Positions 18,861-29,754 of a stretch of DNA of 64,000 nt are shown here, in pieces; the stretch's first letter is position 1; each line of letters begins with the position of its first letter. This DNA comes from Thermoanaerobaculia bacterium (GTDB taxonomy: Bacteria; Acidobacteriota; Thermoanaerobaculia; Multivoradales; Multivoraceae). The DNA lies in contig JAJEHN010000027.1 in assembly GCA_022823665.1 (NCBI GenBank), forward strand, positions 383 to 64,382, read 5' to 3'. Under the pieces are notes generated by a model. It was not told the origin of the DNA and made no database searches. It saw only the letters and a list, made by a program, of their open reading frames with translations. Both the position numbers and the translations under genes were made by a program.

Positions 18861-19625
18861 GTGAACGAGTTCTTCGGCCGCACCGGCGCCGCGCTGGCGG
18901 TTGCTTCTCTTTTCTGGGCCGCCGCCGCGGCGGCTCAGCCGGCCGACCCGCCGCTCGACGTCCTGATGCGCGCCACCGACGACGCGATGCGGGGCGACTC
19001 CAGCGAGAGCCGGATCACGATGCGGATCAAGACGGAGCGCTGGCAGCGAGAGTTGCGGCTCCATGTCGTCTCCGAGGGCACCGAGACGGCGCTGATCCGG
19101 ATCGAAGCGCCGGCGAAGGAACGCGGCACGGCGACGCTCAAGGTCGAGCAGAACATCTGGAACTACCTGCCGAAGGTCGACCGGACGATCAAGGTGCCCG
19201 GGTCGATGATGCAGGCGGCGTGGATGGGCAGCCACTTCACGAATGACGACCTGGTCCACGAGTCCCGCTACAGCGAGGACTTCGAGTGCGCCTACCGGGA
19301 GCGGCCGGCGGACGGGTCGGGCCACTGGCTGGTGCGCTGCGTTCCGTTGCCGGATGCGCCCGTCGTCTGGGGCGCGATCGACGCGCGTTTCCGGGCCCGG
19401 GACATGCTGCTCGACCAGGCCGAGTACTTCGACGAACGCGATCGGCTGGTACGGACGATCATGTACGAGGACTTCGGCCCGCTCGGCGGCCGGACGCTGC
19501 CGCGGCGGATGCGGGTGATACCGGCGGACGACGCCGACGAGTTCACCGAGATCGTCTACGAGGAACACGCGTTCAACGTCGAACTGCCGCCCGGTACGTT
19601 CTCATTGCAGTCGCTACGCCAGTAG
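18861..19625 (+). CDS. Outer-membrane lipoprotein-sorting (LolA-like) protein
   Basis: Signal peptide; ERGTATLK, WNYLP and WMGSHFTNDDL motifs; precedes LolCDE-like genes. Confidence 0.8.
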   Translation: MNEFFGRTGAALAVASLFWAAAAAAQPADPPLDVLMRATDDAMRGDSSESRITMRIKTERWQRELRLHVVSEGTETALIRIEAPAKERGTATLKVEQNIWNYLPKVDRTIKVPGSMMQAAWMGSHFTNDDLVHESRYSEDFECAYRERPADGSGHWLVRCVPLPDAPVVWGAIDARFRARDMLLDQAEYFDERDRLVRTIMYEDFGPLGGRTLPRRMRVIPADDADEFTEIVYEEHAFNVELPPGTFSLQSLRQ

Positions 19626-19640
19626 CAGGAGCGCTGCCGG

Positions 19641-20867
19641 ATGAAGCTCCTCCGCATGGCCTGGCGCAACCTGTGGCGGAACGGCCGCCGCACCCTGGTC
19701 ACGGTCGGCGCGATGACCCTGGCCCTGTGGGCGATGGTGCTCTACACGTCGCTCATGCAGGGGATGCTGGGCAGCATGGAGAGCACGCTCCTCGACGTCG
19801 AACTGGGCGAGATCCAGATCCACGCCGACGGCTACCGGGAGCGGCCCTCGATCTGGGAACGGATCGAGGATCCGGAGGCTCTGCTCGAAGCACTTGACGA
19901 GACCGGGCTGCGCTCGAGCGCGCGCCTGCTCGGCGGCGCGCTGGTCGCTTCGGGGGAGGCCTCGACCGGGGCCCTGCTCAAGGGGCTGAGGCCGGAGCGG
20001 GACGCCCGGGTCAGCGACGTCCATGAGCGGCTCGACCGGGGCGAGTGGCTCGACCCGGCCGACGGTTCCGGCGTGGTGCTCGGCTACCGGCTCGCGCGCA
20101 CGCTGGGCGTGGACGTCGGGGACGAGCTGGTCGCGCTCAGCCAGGCGACCGACGGCAGCATGGCGAACGACCTGTTTCAGGTGCGGGGCGTGCTGCAGAG
20201 CCTGAGCGAGGACACGGACCGCGGGACCGTGTTCCTGGTGGAGGACGCGTTCCGGAGCTTCTTCGCCCTGGAGGACGGCGCCCACCAGGTCATCGTTCGC
20301 AGTGGCGAAGGGCAGGAGCTCCTGGCGGCGACGGGGGTCGTGGAAGAGGCCGCGGCGGCGAGCGTCTCCGGGGTGGAAGTGAGGACCTGGCGGGATCTCC
20401 TGCCGGGCATCGCGAACGTGCTCGACTCCGCCCAGGCGGCCGTCCAGGTCGTGGCCTTCATCGTCTACGTCGTGATCGCGATCATGATCCTGAACGCGAT
20501 GCTGATGGCGGTCTTCGAGCGGATCCGGGAGTTCGGCGTACTGAAGGCGATCGGCGTTTCGCCCCGGCGGGTGCTGGCGCTCATCCTGACCGAGGGCGCG
20601 CTGCAGGCGGCGCTGGCGATCGCCGTCGGGCTGCTGGCCAGCCTGCCGACGCTCTGGTTCGTCGTGTCGCGTGGGATCGACGTCGGTCAACTGGGCGGCA
20701 CCGCCATCATGGGCGTCTCCATGGACCGGATCTGGACCGGCGCTGTGAGCCCGGTGACGATTGCCGGGCCGGTCTTCATCCTGCTCTTCATCGTCGGGCT
20801 GGCGGTCCTGTTCCCGGCGGTCAAGGCCGCGCGCATCAGCCCGGTCGAGGCGATCCACCACCAGTAG
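19641..20867 (+). CDS. ABC transporter permease (FtsX/LolC/E/MacB family)
   Basis: AWRNLWRNGRRT start, ERIREFGVLKAIG, C-terminal PAVKAARISPVEAI. Confidence 0.9.
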   Translation: MKLLRMAWRNLWRNGRRTLVTVGAMTLALWAMVLYTSLMQGMLGSMESTLLDVELGEIQIHADGYRERPSIWERIEDPEALLEALDETGLRSSARLLGGALVASGEASTGALLKGLRPERDARVSDVHERLDRGEWLDPADGSGVVLGYRLARTLGVDVGDELVALSQATDGSMANDLFQVRGVLQSLSEDTDRGTVFLVEDAFRSFFALEDGAHQVIVRSGEGQELLAATGVVEEAAAASVSGVEVRTWRDLLPGIANVLDSAQAAVQVVAFIVYVVIAIMILNAMLMAVFERIREFGVLKAIGVSPRRVLALILTEGALQAALAIAVGLLASLPTLWFVVSRGIDVGQLGGTAIMGVSMDRIWTGAVSPVTIAGPVFILLFIVGLAVLFPAVKAARISPVEAIHHQ

Positions 20868-20899
20868 CGGCAGAGGCTCAGGGAAGAAGGGAAGAAAAC

Positions 20900-22147
20900 A
20901 TGAGTGGACCCAACGTGGCAACCCTGGCCTGGCGCAACCTGTGGCGGAACCGTCGGCGGACCCTGTTGACGCTGGGCTCGATCGTCTTCGGCGTGTTCCT
21001 GGCGGTCGTATTCACGGCGATGCAGGACCGCAACTGGAAGGACATGATCGATCTGGCCGCGCGCCTCGGCGGCGGCCACGTGAGCCTCCAGCATCCCGAG
21101 TACCTCGACACGCCGACCCTGACCCGTACCGTCGTCCGCGGCGAGGAGATCGAAGCGGCGCTCGACGGCGAGGGCCGCCGGATCGCTCGTGCCGTCGACC
21201 GTATCGTCGGGCCGACGATGCTGGCCACGGCGGGCGAGAACTTCAGTGCCGCCTTCATTGCCTTCGACCCGGAGGCCGAGGACGAGACGACGCTCTCCAT
21301 CCTGGAGGCGCTGGATGAAGGCTCGGCCCTTGAACCCGGGGACCGCGACGGGGTGATCCTCGGCCACCGGCTGGCCAGTAACCTGGGGATGGAGCTGGGC
21401 GACAAGGTCGTCTACACCCTGACCGACAGGAACGGCGAGATCGTGAGCGGCCTCGCGAGGTTGCGGGGGACGCTCAGGACGAACGCGCCCACGGTCGACG
21501 GCGGCTTCTGCCTGCTGCCCATCGGCACGGTGCGCGACCTGCTCGGCTACGGCGAGGACGAGGCGACGATGGTCGCCGTGTTCCTCGAGGACCAGCGGAG
21601 GAGCGGCGGAGTCGCCGGCCGGCTCGACCGGGCACTCGGCGAGACGGTTGCGGCTCTGCCCTGGAACACGAGTCAACCGCAACTGGCGGCGTTCATCGCG
21701 CTCAAGGTCGGCGGGGCGGTGGTCATGGAGATCCTGATCGCGGTGCTGGTCGCGGCGGGAATCTTCAACACGATGTTCGTCAGCGTGATGGAGCGGCTGC
21801 GGGAGTTCGGCATCATGCTGGCGATCGGCTGGAGCCCGCGACGGCTGTTCCGGCTGATCATGATGGAGAGCGCCTGGCTGGCCGTCCTCGGTCTGGCCGG
21901 CGCCTTTCTGATCACTCTGGGGCCGTACGTTTACCTGTCATCTACCGGCCTCGACCTGACCGCGGTCTACGGCGGCACGGTGGAGGTCGCGGGCGTCGGC
22001 CTGGATCCGGTGCTCAAGGTCGGCATCTTCCCGCGCAACGCCGTGCTGATCGGGCTGTTCGCGGTGGTGGCGACCCTCGCCTCGGGGATCTACCCGGCCT
22101 GGCGCGCGGGCCGGGTGCAGCCGGTCGAAACGATCAAGGTGGTGTGA
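20900..22147 (+). CDS. ABC transporter permease (FtsX/LolC/E/MacB family)
   Basis: ATG at 20900; AWRNLWRNRRRT, ERLREFGIMLAIG, PAWRAGRVQPVE. Confidence 0.9.
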   Translation: MSGPNVATLAWRNLWRNRRRTLLTLGSIVFGVFLAVVFTAMQDRNWKDMIDLAARLGGGHVSLQHPEYLDTPTLTRTVVRGEEIEAALDGEGRRIARAVDRIVGPTMLATAGENFSAAFIAFDPEAEDETTLSILEALDEGSALEPGDRDGVILGHRLASNLGMELGDKVVYTLTDRNGEIVSGLARLRGTLRTNAPTVDGGFCLLPIGTVRDLLGYGEDEATMVAVFLEDQRRSGGVAGRLDRALGETVAALPWNTSQPQLAAFIALKVGGAVVMEILIAVLVAAGIFNTMFVSVMERLREFGIMLAIGWSPRRLFRLIMMESAWLAVLGLAGAFLITLGPYVYLSSTGLDLTAVYGGTVEVAGVGLDPVLKVGIFPRNAVLIGLFAVVATLASGIYPAWRAGRVQPVETIKVV

Positions 22148-22148
22148 A

Positions 22149-22841
22149 ATGGGCGAAGGTCCGGTCATTTCGCTCCGTGACGTGAGCAAGGTCTACCGCC
22201 AGGGCAGCGTCGACATCCACGCGCTGCGCGATCTCTCGATGGATGTCGAGCCGGGTGAGTTCACCGTGATCTGCGGCCCCTCGGGCTCCGGCAAGACGAC
22301 CATGCTGAACCTGATCGGGGCGCTCGATTCAGCGACTTCCGGTCACGTAGTGCTCGAGGGGCGTGAACTGGGCAGCCTGAACAGGAAGGAGCTTTCCGAA
22401 CTGCGCCGCGACCGGATCGGCTTCGTGTTTCAGGCCTACAACCTGATGCCCGTCCTGACCGCGTACGAGAACGCCGAGATGGTGCTCTGGGTCCAGGGCG
22501 TCGACGGAAGGACCCGGCGCGAACGGGTCATGGGGTTGCTCGAGCAGGTAGGGCTCAAGGGGATGGAAGACCGGCGGCCTTCGGAACTCTCCGGCGGGCA
22601 GCAGCAGCGGGTCGCGATCGCCCGCGCGATCGCCAGCAACCCGGCCGTCGTGCTCGCGGACGAGCCGACCGCGAACGTCGACTCGGAGACCGCGGAGACC
22701 CTGCTCGGCCTGATGGAAGAGCTGAACCGGGAGCAGGGCGTGACCTTCCTGTTCTCGACGCACGATCCGCAGGTCATGGAACGGGCCCGCCGGGTGGTGC
22801 GCCTCGTCGATGGGAACGTCGCGAGCGACGAGCGCCGCTGA
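22149..22841 (+). CDS. ABC transporter ATP-binding protein (LolD-like)
   Basis: Walker A GPSGSGKT, signature LSGGQQQRV, Walker B LADEPT, STHD. Confidence 0.92.
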   Translation: MGEGPVISLRDVSKVYRQGSVDIHALRDLSMDVEPGEFTVICGPSGSGKTTMLNLIGALDSATSGHVVLEGRELGSLNRKELSELRRDRIGFVFQAYNLMPVLTAYENAEMVLWVQGVDGRTRRERVMGLLEQVGLKGMEDRRPSELSGGQQQRVAIARAIASNPAVVLADEPTANVDSETAETLLGLMEELNREQGVTFLFSTHDPQVMERARRVVRLVDGNVASDERR

Positions 22842-24102
22842 CTCGCTGCCGGCCGCCGGCGTCGCCGGGCTGCTCTTGCTGCTCGCCGTGTCGCCGGTGG
22901 CGGCGCAGACGGAGCTGGGTGGCGACGTGCGCCTCTTCGCGTTCCGGATCCTGGAGGAGACGGACCTGGCCGGCGACGGGGAGCCGGCTGAAGAGGACGG
23001 CGCGGCGGCCGGGGCCGGCGGCGTCGAACTCGGGATCCTGCGGCTCAAGCTCGACTCGCGCTGGAGGTCGGGCGACCGGGACCGGTTCCGCTTCGAGATG
23101 CACGGTACGGCCCATGCCGTGTCGCCGCCCGGCAGCGGCGCCGTGACGTCGGTCGCTACGGGAGACACGCGGCGTTTCTTCGACCTGACGAAGGACTCGT
23201 TCGGCGGTGGCGACGTCGCGGGGACGACGGAGATCGACCGCTTCAACCTGCGCTGGGACCGTCCCGGATTCCGAATGGTCGCGGGCCGCCAGGCGATCAC
23301 CTGGGGCGTGAACTACTTCTGGCCCGTGCTCGACCTTTTCGCTCCCTTCGCGCCGCAGCGGATCGACCGGGACTACAAACCGGGCGTCGACGCGCTTCGC
23401 TTCACCCTTCCGGTGGACGACTTCTCCGAGATCGAGATCATCGCCGCGGGCCAGGGCGCCCGCACCCCCGACGACCTGAGTCTCGCCTCGATGGGCCGCT
23501 TCCACGCGGACCTCGGCGAGGGCGCTTCGACGGTCGACTTCGGCTACATGGTCGGCGGCTTCCATCGCGACTTCGTCCTCGGCGGCTTCTTCTCCGCCGA
23601 CGTCCGCGGCACCGGCCTGCGCGGCGAGGTGTCGTGGACGAGTCCCGGCTGCGATCCGGAGAGCGCCCACCCGGTCTTCGGCTGCGGCGATTTCTGGCGC
23701 CTGACGGTGGGTGTCGACCGCCTGCTGACGCCCAGGCTGACCCTGATCGGCGAGGCGAGCTGGAACGGCTTCGGCGCCGGCGACCCCGCGGACTACACGC
23801 GGCTGGCGGAGGCCGACCGCGTGCGGCGCGGTGAAGCCGTCTCCCTCGGCCGCCGGTACGCGGGCCTCTCGCTGGCCTGGCAGGCGCATCCGCTGCTGAC
23901 CGTGACGGGCGCGGTGCTGGCGAACGGGGACGACGGTTCGGCCCTGTTCCAGCCGGGCATCGCCTGGTCGGTGTCCGACAGCGTGACGTGGACCGCGGGC
24001 CTCATCGCCTCGACCGGCCGGGGCGTTCGGGACGGCGTCCTCGGCAGCGAGTACGGCGCCGTGCCGGTCGTGGCGTGGTCGTCGCTGACCGCGTACTTCT
24101 AG
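22810..24102 (+). CDS. Putative outer-membrane beta-barrel of the LolA-like/ABC cluster
   Basis: Signal-like N-terminus, GRQAITWG, C-terminal LTAYF barrel signature. Start is uncertain. Confidence 0.65.
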   Translation: MGTSRATSAADSLPAAGVAGLLLLLAVSPVAAQTELGGDVRLFAFRILEETDLAGDGEPAEEDGAAAGAGGVELGILRLKLDSRWRSGDRDRFRFEMHGTAHAVSPPGSGAVTSVATGDTRRFFDLTKDSFGGGDVAGTTEIDRFNLRWDRPGFRMVAGRQAITWGVNYFWPVLDLFAPFAPQRIDRDYKPGVDALRFTLPVDDFSEIEIIAAGQGARTPDDLSLASMGRFHADLGEGASTVDFGYMVGGFHRDFVLGGFFSADVRGTGLRGEVSWTSPGCDPESAHPVFGCGDFWRLTVGVDRLLTPRLTLIGEASWNGFGAGDPADYTRLAEADRVRRGEAVSLGRRYAGLSLAWQAHPLLTVTGAVLANGDDGSALFQPGIAWSVSDSVTWTAGLIASTGRGVRDGVLGSEYGAVPVVAWSSLTAYF

Positions 24103-24120
24103 TCTCCAGTAGTCGCGCGT

Positions 24121-24137
24121 CTTTACCGGTTGTTCAC
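24121..24137 (+). promoter_or_regulatory. Putative Pho box upstream of pstS
   Basis: CTTTAC (24121) and GTTCAC (24132) are 11 bp apart; the same motif occurs at other Pho-regulon genes in this window. Confidence 0.55.
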
Positions 24138-24198
24138 GAACCGTCGGCTACGCTCCGCAGGCGTGGAGAACCTCGAATTGCACGGAATCTCAAGCCAT

Positions 24199-25086
24199 AT
24201 GAAGACTGCAAGCCCCATCCGCACCTGGAGCACTCTGGCTCTCGCGGTCGCCCTGATTGCCGCCTGCGGCGGGGGCAGCTCGCGGAGCGTGATCCAGAAC
24301 AAGGGCTCCGACACCCTGGTCAACGTGGCCCAGGCCTGGGCCGAGAACTACGCCGCGGTGGCGCCGGAGACGGCGGTCGCGGTGACCGGCGGTGGATCGG
24401 GCACCGGCATCTCCGCGATGATCAACGGCACGGTCGACATCGCGAACTCGAGCCGCAAGATGAAGGACTCGGAGATCGAGCTGGCGCGCGGCAACGGCAA
24501 CGAGCCGATCGAGTTCGTCGTCGGCTTCGACGCCCTGGCGGTCTTCGTCCATCCCGACAACCCGCTCGACGAGGTTTCGCTGGAACAGTTGGCCACGCTC
24601 TATGGCGAGGGCGGCGATGTCGACACCTGGAGCCAGTGGGGAGTCGAGGTTCCGGGTTGCGGCAGCGACGAGATCGTTCGGGTCAGCCGCCAGAACAACT
24701 CGGGCACCTACGTCTACTTCCGCGAAGCGGTGCTCGGCGACCAGCGCGACTTCCGGCTCGGCTCGCGCGACATGCACGGCTCCAAGGACGTGGTCGACCT
24801 GGTGGAGAACACGCCCTGCGCGATCGGCTACAGCGGCCTCGCCTACGCGACGGACCACGTGAAGATGCCCTGCGTCAGGAAGGGCGAGGACGGCGACTGC
24901 GTGTCTCCCTCGGTCGATACGGCGATCGACGGGTCCTATCCCATCGCGCGGCCGCTGTTCATGTACACCGCGGGCGAGCCGCAGGGCGCCATTCGCGAGT
25001 ACATCGACTGGGTCCTGAGCGACGAAGGCCAGTGCATCATCTACGAGAAGGGCTACGCGCCGCGAACGGACGTGGACTGCTCCTGA
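24199..25086 (+). CDS. pstS: Phosphate ABC transporter substrate-binding lipoprotein
   Basis: Lipobox LIAAC, KGSDT, GGGSGTG, RQNNSGT, YPIARPLF. Confidence 0.92.
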   Translation: MKTASPIRTWSTLALAVALIAACGGGSSRSVIQNKGSDTLVNVAQAWAENYAAVAPETAVAVTGGGSGTGISAMINGTVDIANSSRKMKDSEIELARGNGNEPIEFVVGFDALAVFVHPDNPLDEVSLEQLATLYGEGGDVDTWSQWGVEVPGCGSDEIVRVSRQNNSGTYVYFREAVLGDQRDFRLGSRDMHGSKDVVDLVENTPCAIGYSGLAYATDHVKMPCVRKGEDGDCVSPSVDTAIDGSYPIARPLFMYTAGEPQGAIREYIDWVLSDEGQCIIYEKGYAPRTDVDCS

Positions 25087-25140
25087 ACGGGAGCAGGCTC
25101 CCGGGAATGACGCGGCGTCTCTGGTTCCCCGGCGGCCGGT

Positions 25141-26094
25141 TTGACTGACGTAGCGCACGCCGCGGACCGGCGGGATCTCGCCTGGTGGGTCGACCGCGCG
25201 GTCCAGATCCTGGTGCTTGCCGGCGGGCTGTCGGCGATCGTCTTCATCGCCGGCATCTTCGTCTTCATCACCCGTGAAGGCGCCGGCTTCGTGTTCGACC
25301 GCTTCGATTTCCGGGAGTTCTTCTTCTCGCCGCGCTGGACGCCCACGTCGAGCCACAACCCGACGTACGGCGCCCTGGCCCTGATCGCGGGCACGGCCTC
25401 CGTGACCGGACTCGCCATGGTCGTGTCCGTGCCGTTTTCGCTCGGCGCCGCGGTCTACATCGGCGAGTTCGCCACCGGCCGCGTACGCGAGACGCTGAAG
25501 GTGCTGGTGGAACTCCTGGCGGCGATCCCGTCCGTGGTCTGGGGGTTCATCGGTCTCTCCATCATGAATCCGCTGATCATCCAGATCTTCGACGTTCCGA
25601 TCGGGCTGAACGTGCTGAACTCGGGGATCATCCTGGGGCTGATGGCGGCGCCGATCATGACGACGATCGCCGAGGACGCGCTGAAGGCGGTCCCCGACAC
25701 CTACCGCGAGGCCGCCGAGGCGATGGGGGCGACCCGCTGGCAGGTGACCTTCAAGGTCGTGCTTCCGGCGGCCCGCAACGGCCTCGTCGCGGCTACGCTG
25801 CTGGGCGTCGGCCGCGGTTTCGGCGAGACGATGGCGGTGCTGATGGCGAGCGGCCACTCGATCAACCTGCCGACGAGCCCCTTCGACTCGGTGCGGGCGC
25901 TGACCGCGACGATCGCCGCCGAACTCGGTGAGACGGCGGCCGGCTCCGACCACTACCAGGCGCTCTTCACGCTCGGCATCTTCCTGTTTCTGGTCACCTT
26001 CGCGATCAACTTCGCGGCCGACGTGTTCGTGCGGGGCGGCCAGCGCAAGCACCGCCGCCGCGGCCGCCGGCCGGCCGCTTCCGCGAACCCGTAG
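25141..26094 (+). CDS. pstC: Phosphate ABC transporter permease
   Basis: ELLAAIPSVVWG, EAA motif, GRGFGETMAV, TATIAAELGE. Confidence 0.93.
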   Translation: MTDVAHAADRRDLAWWVDRAVQILVLAGGLSAIVFIAGIFVFITREGAGFVFDRFDFREFFFSPRWTPTSSHNPTYGALALIAGTASVTGLAMVVSVPFSLGAAVYIGEFATGRVRETLKVLVELLAAIPSVVWGFIGLSIMNPLIIQIFDVPIGLNVLNSGIILGLMAAPIMTTIAEDALKAVPDTYREAAEAMGATRWQVTFKVVLPAARNGLVAATLLGVGRGFGETMAVLMASGHSINLPTSPFDSVRALTATIAAELGETAAGSDHYQALFTLGIFLFLVTFAINFAADVFVRGGQRKHRRRGRRPAASANP

Positions 26095-26103
26095 CGAGGC
26101 GCC

Positions 26104-26969
<866 letters not shown>

Positions 26970-26973
<4 letters not shown>

Positions 26974-27755
26974 CATCGCCTGCCCCGGGGAGAGCCGCCG
27001 GCGACTACGCGGTCGAGGTCGAGGATCTGGCGATCCGGTACCACGGCAAGCCGGCGCTTTCGGGCGTCACGTTCCAGGTACGAAGAAACGAGATCTTCGG
27101 GATCATCGGACCCGCGAACAGCGGCAAGACGTCGTTCCTGCGCGCGATCAACCGGATGGACCTGATGACCGCGGGCATGGAGGTTTCCGGCAGCGTCCGC
27201 GTCGAGGGCCGGGACGTGCGCAGTTGGCGCAACCCCTACGCACTGCGGCAGCGGATCGGCGTTGTCTTTCCACTGCCCGTCGGCCTGCCGCTGACTATCT
27301 ACGACAACGTCGCGCTCTCGTCCCGGCTGCGGGGCACGCGGAGGAAGGCGGATCTGGACGTCATCGTCGAACGCTGCCTCCGCCGCGCGGCGCTCTGGGA
27401 CGAAGTGAAGGACCGGCTCGATTCCCTGGGCAGCCTGCTCTCCGGCGGCCAGCAGCAGCGGCTGACGATCGCCCGCGCCCTGTCGCAGGATCCGTCCATC
27501 CTGCTGCTCGACGAGTTCTCGATCGCGGTCGACCCGGTGACCACGATGAGGATCGAGGAGGTGCTGGCGGAACTCAGGTCCGAGATGACGATCGTGCTGG
27601 TGACGAACCTCGTCCAGCAGGCGCGGAGACTCGCCGCGCGGACCGCCTTCTTCCTGACCGGCGAGCTGGTCGAGGTCACGGAGACGGAGACGATGTTCGA
27701 GGGCGGCGCCCAGGACCCGCGCACGACCGCCTACGTCGAAGGGAAGTTCGGATGA
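26970..27755 (+). CDS. pstB: Phosphate ABC transporter ATPase, copy 1 (degenerate H-loop)
   Basis: GTGA overlap with pstA; GPANSGKTS, LSGGQQQRL, LLDEFSIAVDP, VTNL, C-terminal YVEGKFG. Confidence 0.88.
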
Positions 27756-28558
27756 GCGTCGCGGAGCCTGTGACTCCGGGCGCCGCCGGCGCATCGGCGG
27801 CCATCCTGGTCGAGAAGCTGAACCTCTGGTATGGCGACTTCCAGGCCCTCTTCGACGTCGACCTGCGGGTGCGCGCCGGCGCGATCACCTCGCTGATCGG
27901 CCCTTCCGGCTGCGGCAAGACGACGCTGCTGCGCTCGGTCAACCGGATCAACGAGCGTCTCGGTTACGTGCGCACCACCGGCAGCATCCGGCTCTGGGGC
28001 CTCGACGTGCTCGACCCCTCCGTCGAGCTGGCGCAGCTCCGCAAGCAGGTCGGGATGGTCTTCCAGCGCCCCAATCCGCTGCCGCTTTCCGTGCGCGACA
28101 ACGTCCTGTTCGGCACCCGCGTCCACCTGCCCGGCGGGAAGTCGCCGACGAGGGCGGAGGCCGAGCGGATCGTCGAGGAGGCGCTGCGGGAGGTCCTGCT
28201 CTGGGACGAACTGAAGGACTCGCTCGACCGCCGCGGCACGGAGCTTTCGCTCGAACAGCAGCAGAAGCTCTGCATCGCCCGCCTGCTCCCGGTCAAGCCG
28301 AGGTTGCTGCTCATGGACGAACCGTGCTCGGCGCTCGATCCGGCCGGCACGGAAGCCGTCGAGGAACTGATCTGGAAGCTCCGCGGCGACTACACGATCC
28401 TGATCGTGACCCACAACATGGCCCAGGCCCGCCGCGCCAGCGAGGAGTGCGTCTTCATGCTGCTCGGCGAGATGATCGAGCACAGCGACACGGCGTCGAT
28501 GTTCCTGAATCCCGCGAACGAGCAGACGGCGGCGTACATCGAGGGGCGGTACGGGTAG
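27752..28558 (+). CDS. pstB: Phosphate ABC transporter ATPase, copy 2 (degenerate signature)
   Basis: ATGA overlap; GPSGCGKTT, VFQRPNP, LSLEQQQKL, LMDEPCSALDP, VTHN, YIEGRYG. Confidence 0.9.
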   Translation: MSVAEPVTPGAAGASAAILVEKLNLWYGDFQALFDVDLRVRAGAITSLIGPSGCGKTTLLRSVNRINERLGYVRTTGSIRLWGLDVLDPSVELAQLRKQVGMVFQRPNPLPLSVRDNVLFGTRVHLPGGKSPTRAEAERIVEEALREVLLWDELKDSLDRRGTELSLEQQQKLCIARLLPVKPRLLLMDEPCSALDPAGTEAVEELIWKLRGDYTILIVTHNMAQARRASEECVFMLLGEMIEHSDTASMFLNPANEQTAAYIEGRYG

Positions 28559-28627
28559 GGCGGCGTCGCGGTTGACCGTCTGCGAGCGTAGTCATACGAT
28601 TAGCCAAGAGGCTGGCCAGGAGGCGCC

Positions 28628-28861
28628 ATGTCCATCGTCAACGTTCATCAAGCCAAGACCCATCTCTCGCGGCTACTCGCGCAAATGGAGGCGGGCGAGG
28701 ACGTCGTGATTGCCCGCGACGGCGAGCCGGTGGCGCGGCTCGTTCCCTGCAAGCCCGCGGCCCGGCGCCAGCCGGATGTCCTGAAGGGCAAGATCGCGGT
28801 TCCCGACAGTTTTTTCGACCCGCTGCCGGAGGACGAGCTTGCCGCCTGGGAAGGCGGCTGA
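28628..28861 (+). CDS. Phd/YefM-family antitoxin
   Basis: VNVHQAKTHLSRLL...GEDVVIARDGEPVARLVP; AGGAGG RBS. Confidence 0.9.
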   Translation: MSIVNVHQAKTHLSRLLAQMEAGEDVVIARDGEPVARLVPCKPAARRQPDVLKGKIAVPDSFFDPLPEDELAAWEGG

Positions 28862-29248
28862 TTGCGGGCCCTGATCGACACCCACGCGCTGCTCTGGTGG
28901 GTGGCCGACAGCGCCCGCCTCTCCGGGACGGCCCGTGCCGTGATCGCTGACGACTCGAACGACATCTTCGTCAGCGCGGCGTCGGCCTGGGAACTCGCCA
29001 CCAAGTACCGGTTGGGCAAGTTGCCGGGTGGCGAGCACGTTGCGGCGGACGTTGTCGCCTGCATCGCTTCGCAGGGATTCCTGGAACTTGGGATCAGCGT
29101 GGCCGACGCGGAGCGCGCTGGTCGGTTGGCCGGCCCCCACCGGGATCCGTTCGATCGAATGTTGATCGCTCAGGCGTTGGCTCACGATCTGCGAATCGTC
29201 TCCGTGGACAGGGCGTTCGACGACTATGTCGTGGATCGAGTGTGGTGA
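28862..29248 (+). CDS. PIN-domain (VapC-family) toxin
   Basis: LIDTHALLW, SAASAWE, HRDPFDRMLIAQA, SVDRAF. Confidence 0.92.
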   Translation: MRALIDTHALLWWVADSARLSGTARAVIADDSNDIFVSAASAWELATKYRLGKLPGGEHVAADVVACIASQGFLELGISVADAERAGRLAGPHRDPFDRMLIAQALAHDLRIVSVDRAFDDYVVDRVW

Positions 29249-29480
29249 GCTCGGTGGAGTGCCGACGCGGTCGTTTTCTCGATCGCTCATGACTTTCTCT
29301 CTCGCGCAGGCCGCCCAGGTTGAGTGGTGTCGAGGGAGTCGAGGAGTTGTCTGGCCTGTGGGACGGTGACTCGCGCGTTCTGTCCGCTTCGGCCGAGTCG
29401 GGGCCGCGCTCCGGAACGCCGAAGGCGCGCGGGATCTCGATGGGCGCCTGGATGTTCACACCGGGAGTCTCGATATCGAT

Positions 29481-29693
29481 TCAGGCGGCGACGTCGACCT
29501 GGGCGGCGGTGGTCTGGGGTGGCGGGACCGGGTCGCCGTCGCGTCGCAGGCCCTCAAGATGGAACTCGATCGCTTCGCGCATTTGCTCGATGACTTCATC
29601 GCGCGTAGCGCCGGTTGCAATGCAGCCAGGGAGGTCAGGAGCGTATGCCGCGTAGTTGTTGGGAGCTTTCTCGATGACGATGGTGTACTTCAC
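29481..29693 (-). CDS. HicB-family antitoxin
   Basis: YTIVIEK..NNYAAYAPDLPGCIATGATRDE...EAIEFHLEG; GTG start at 29693. Confidence 0.88.
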   Translation of the reverse strand: MKYTIVIEKAPNNYAAYAPDLPGCIATGATRDEVIEQMREAIEFHLEGLRRDGDPVPPPQTTAAQVDVAA

Positions 29694-29740
29694 GGGTTCT
29701 TGACTCCTTTGAGGCCAGCCTTTTGGAGGATGCTGTTCCA
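29690..29740 (-). pseudogene. 3' remnant of a HicA toxin
   Basis: Reads WNSILQKAGLKGVKNP-stop, resembling the HicA C-terminal helix (NSILKQAGL), with a GTGA overlap onto hicB. No 5' part is present. Confidence 0.6.
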
Positions 29741-29754
29741 ATTCGCGCCTGCGT

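Noticed and set aside
29249-29480. Short ORFs between vapC and hicB
   Set aside because: Low-complexity translations with no recognisable family.
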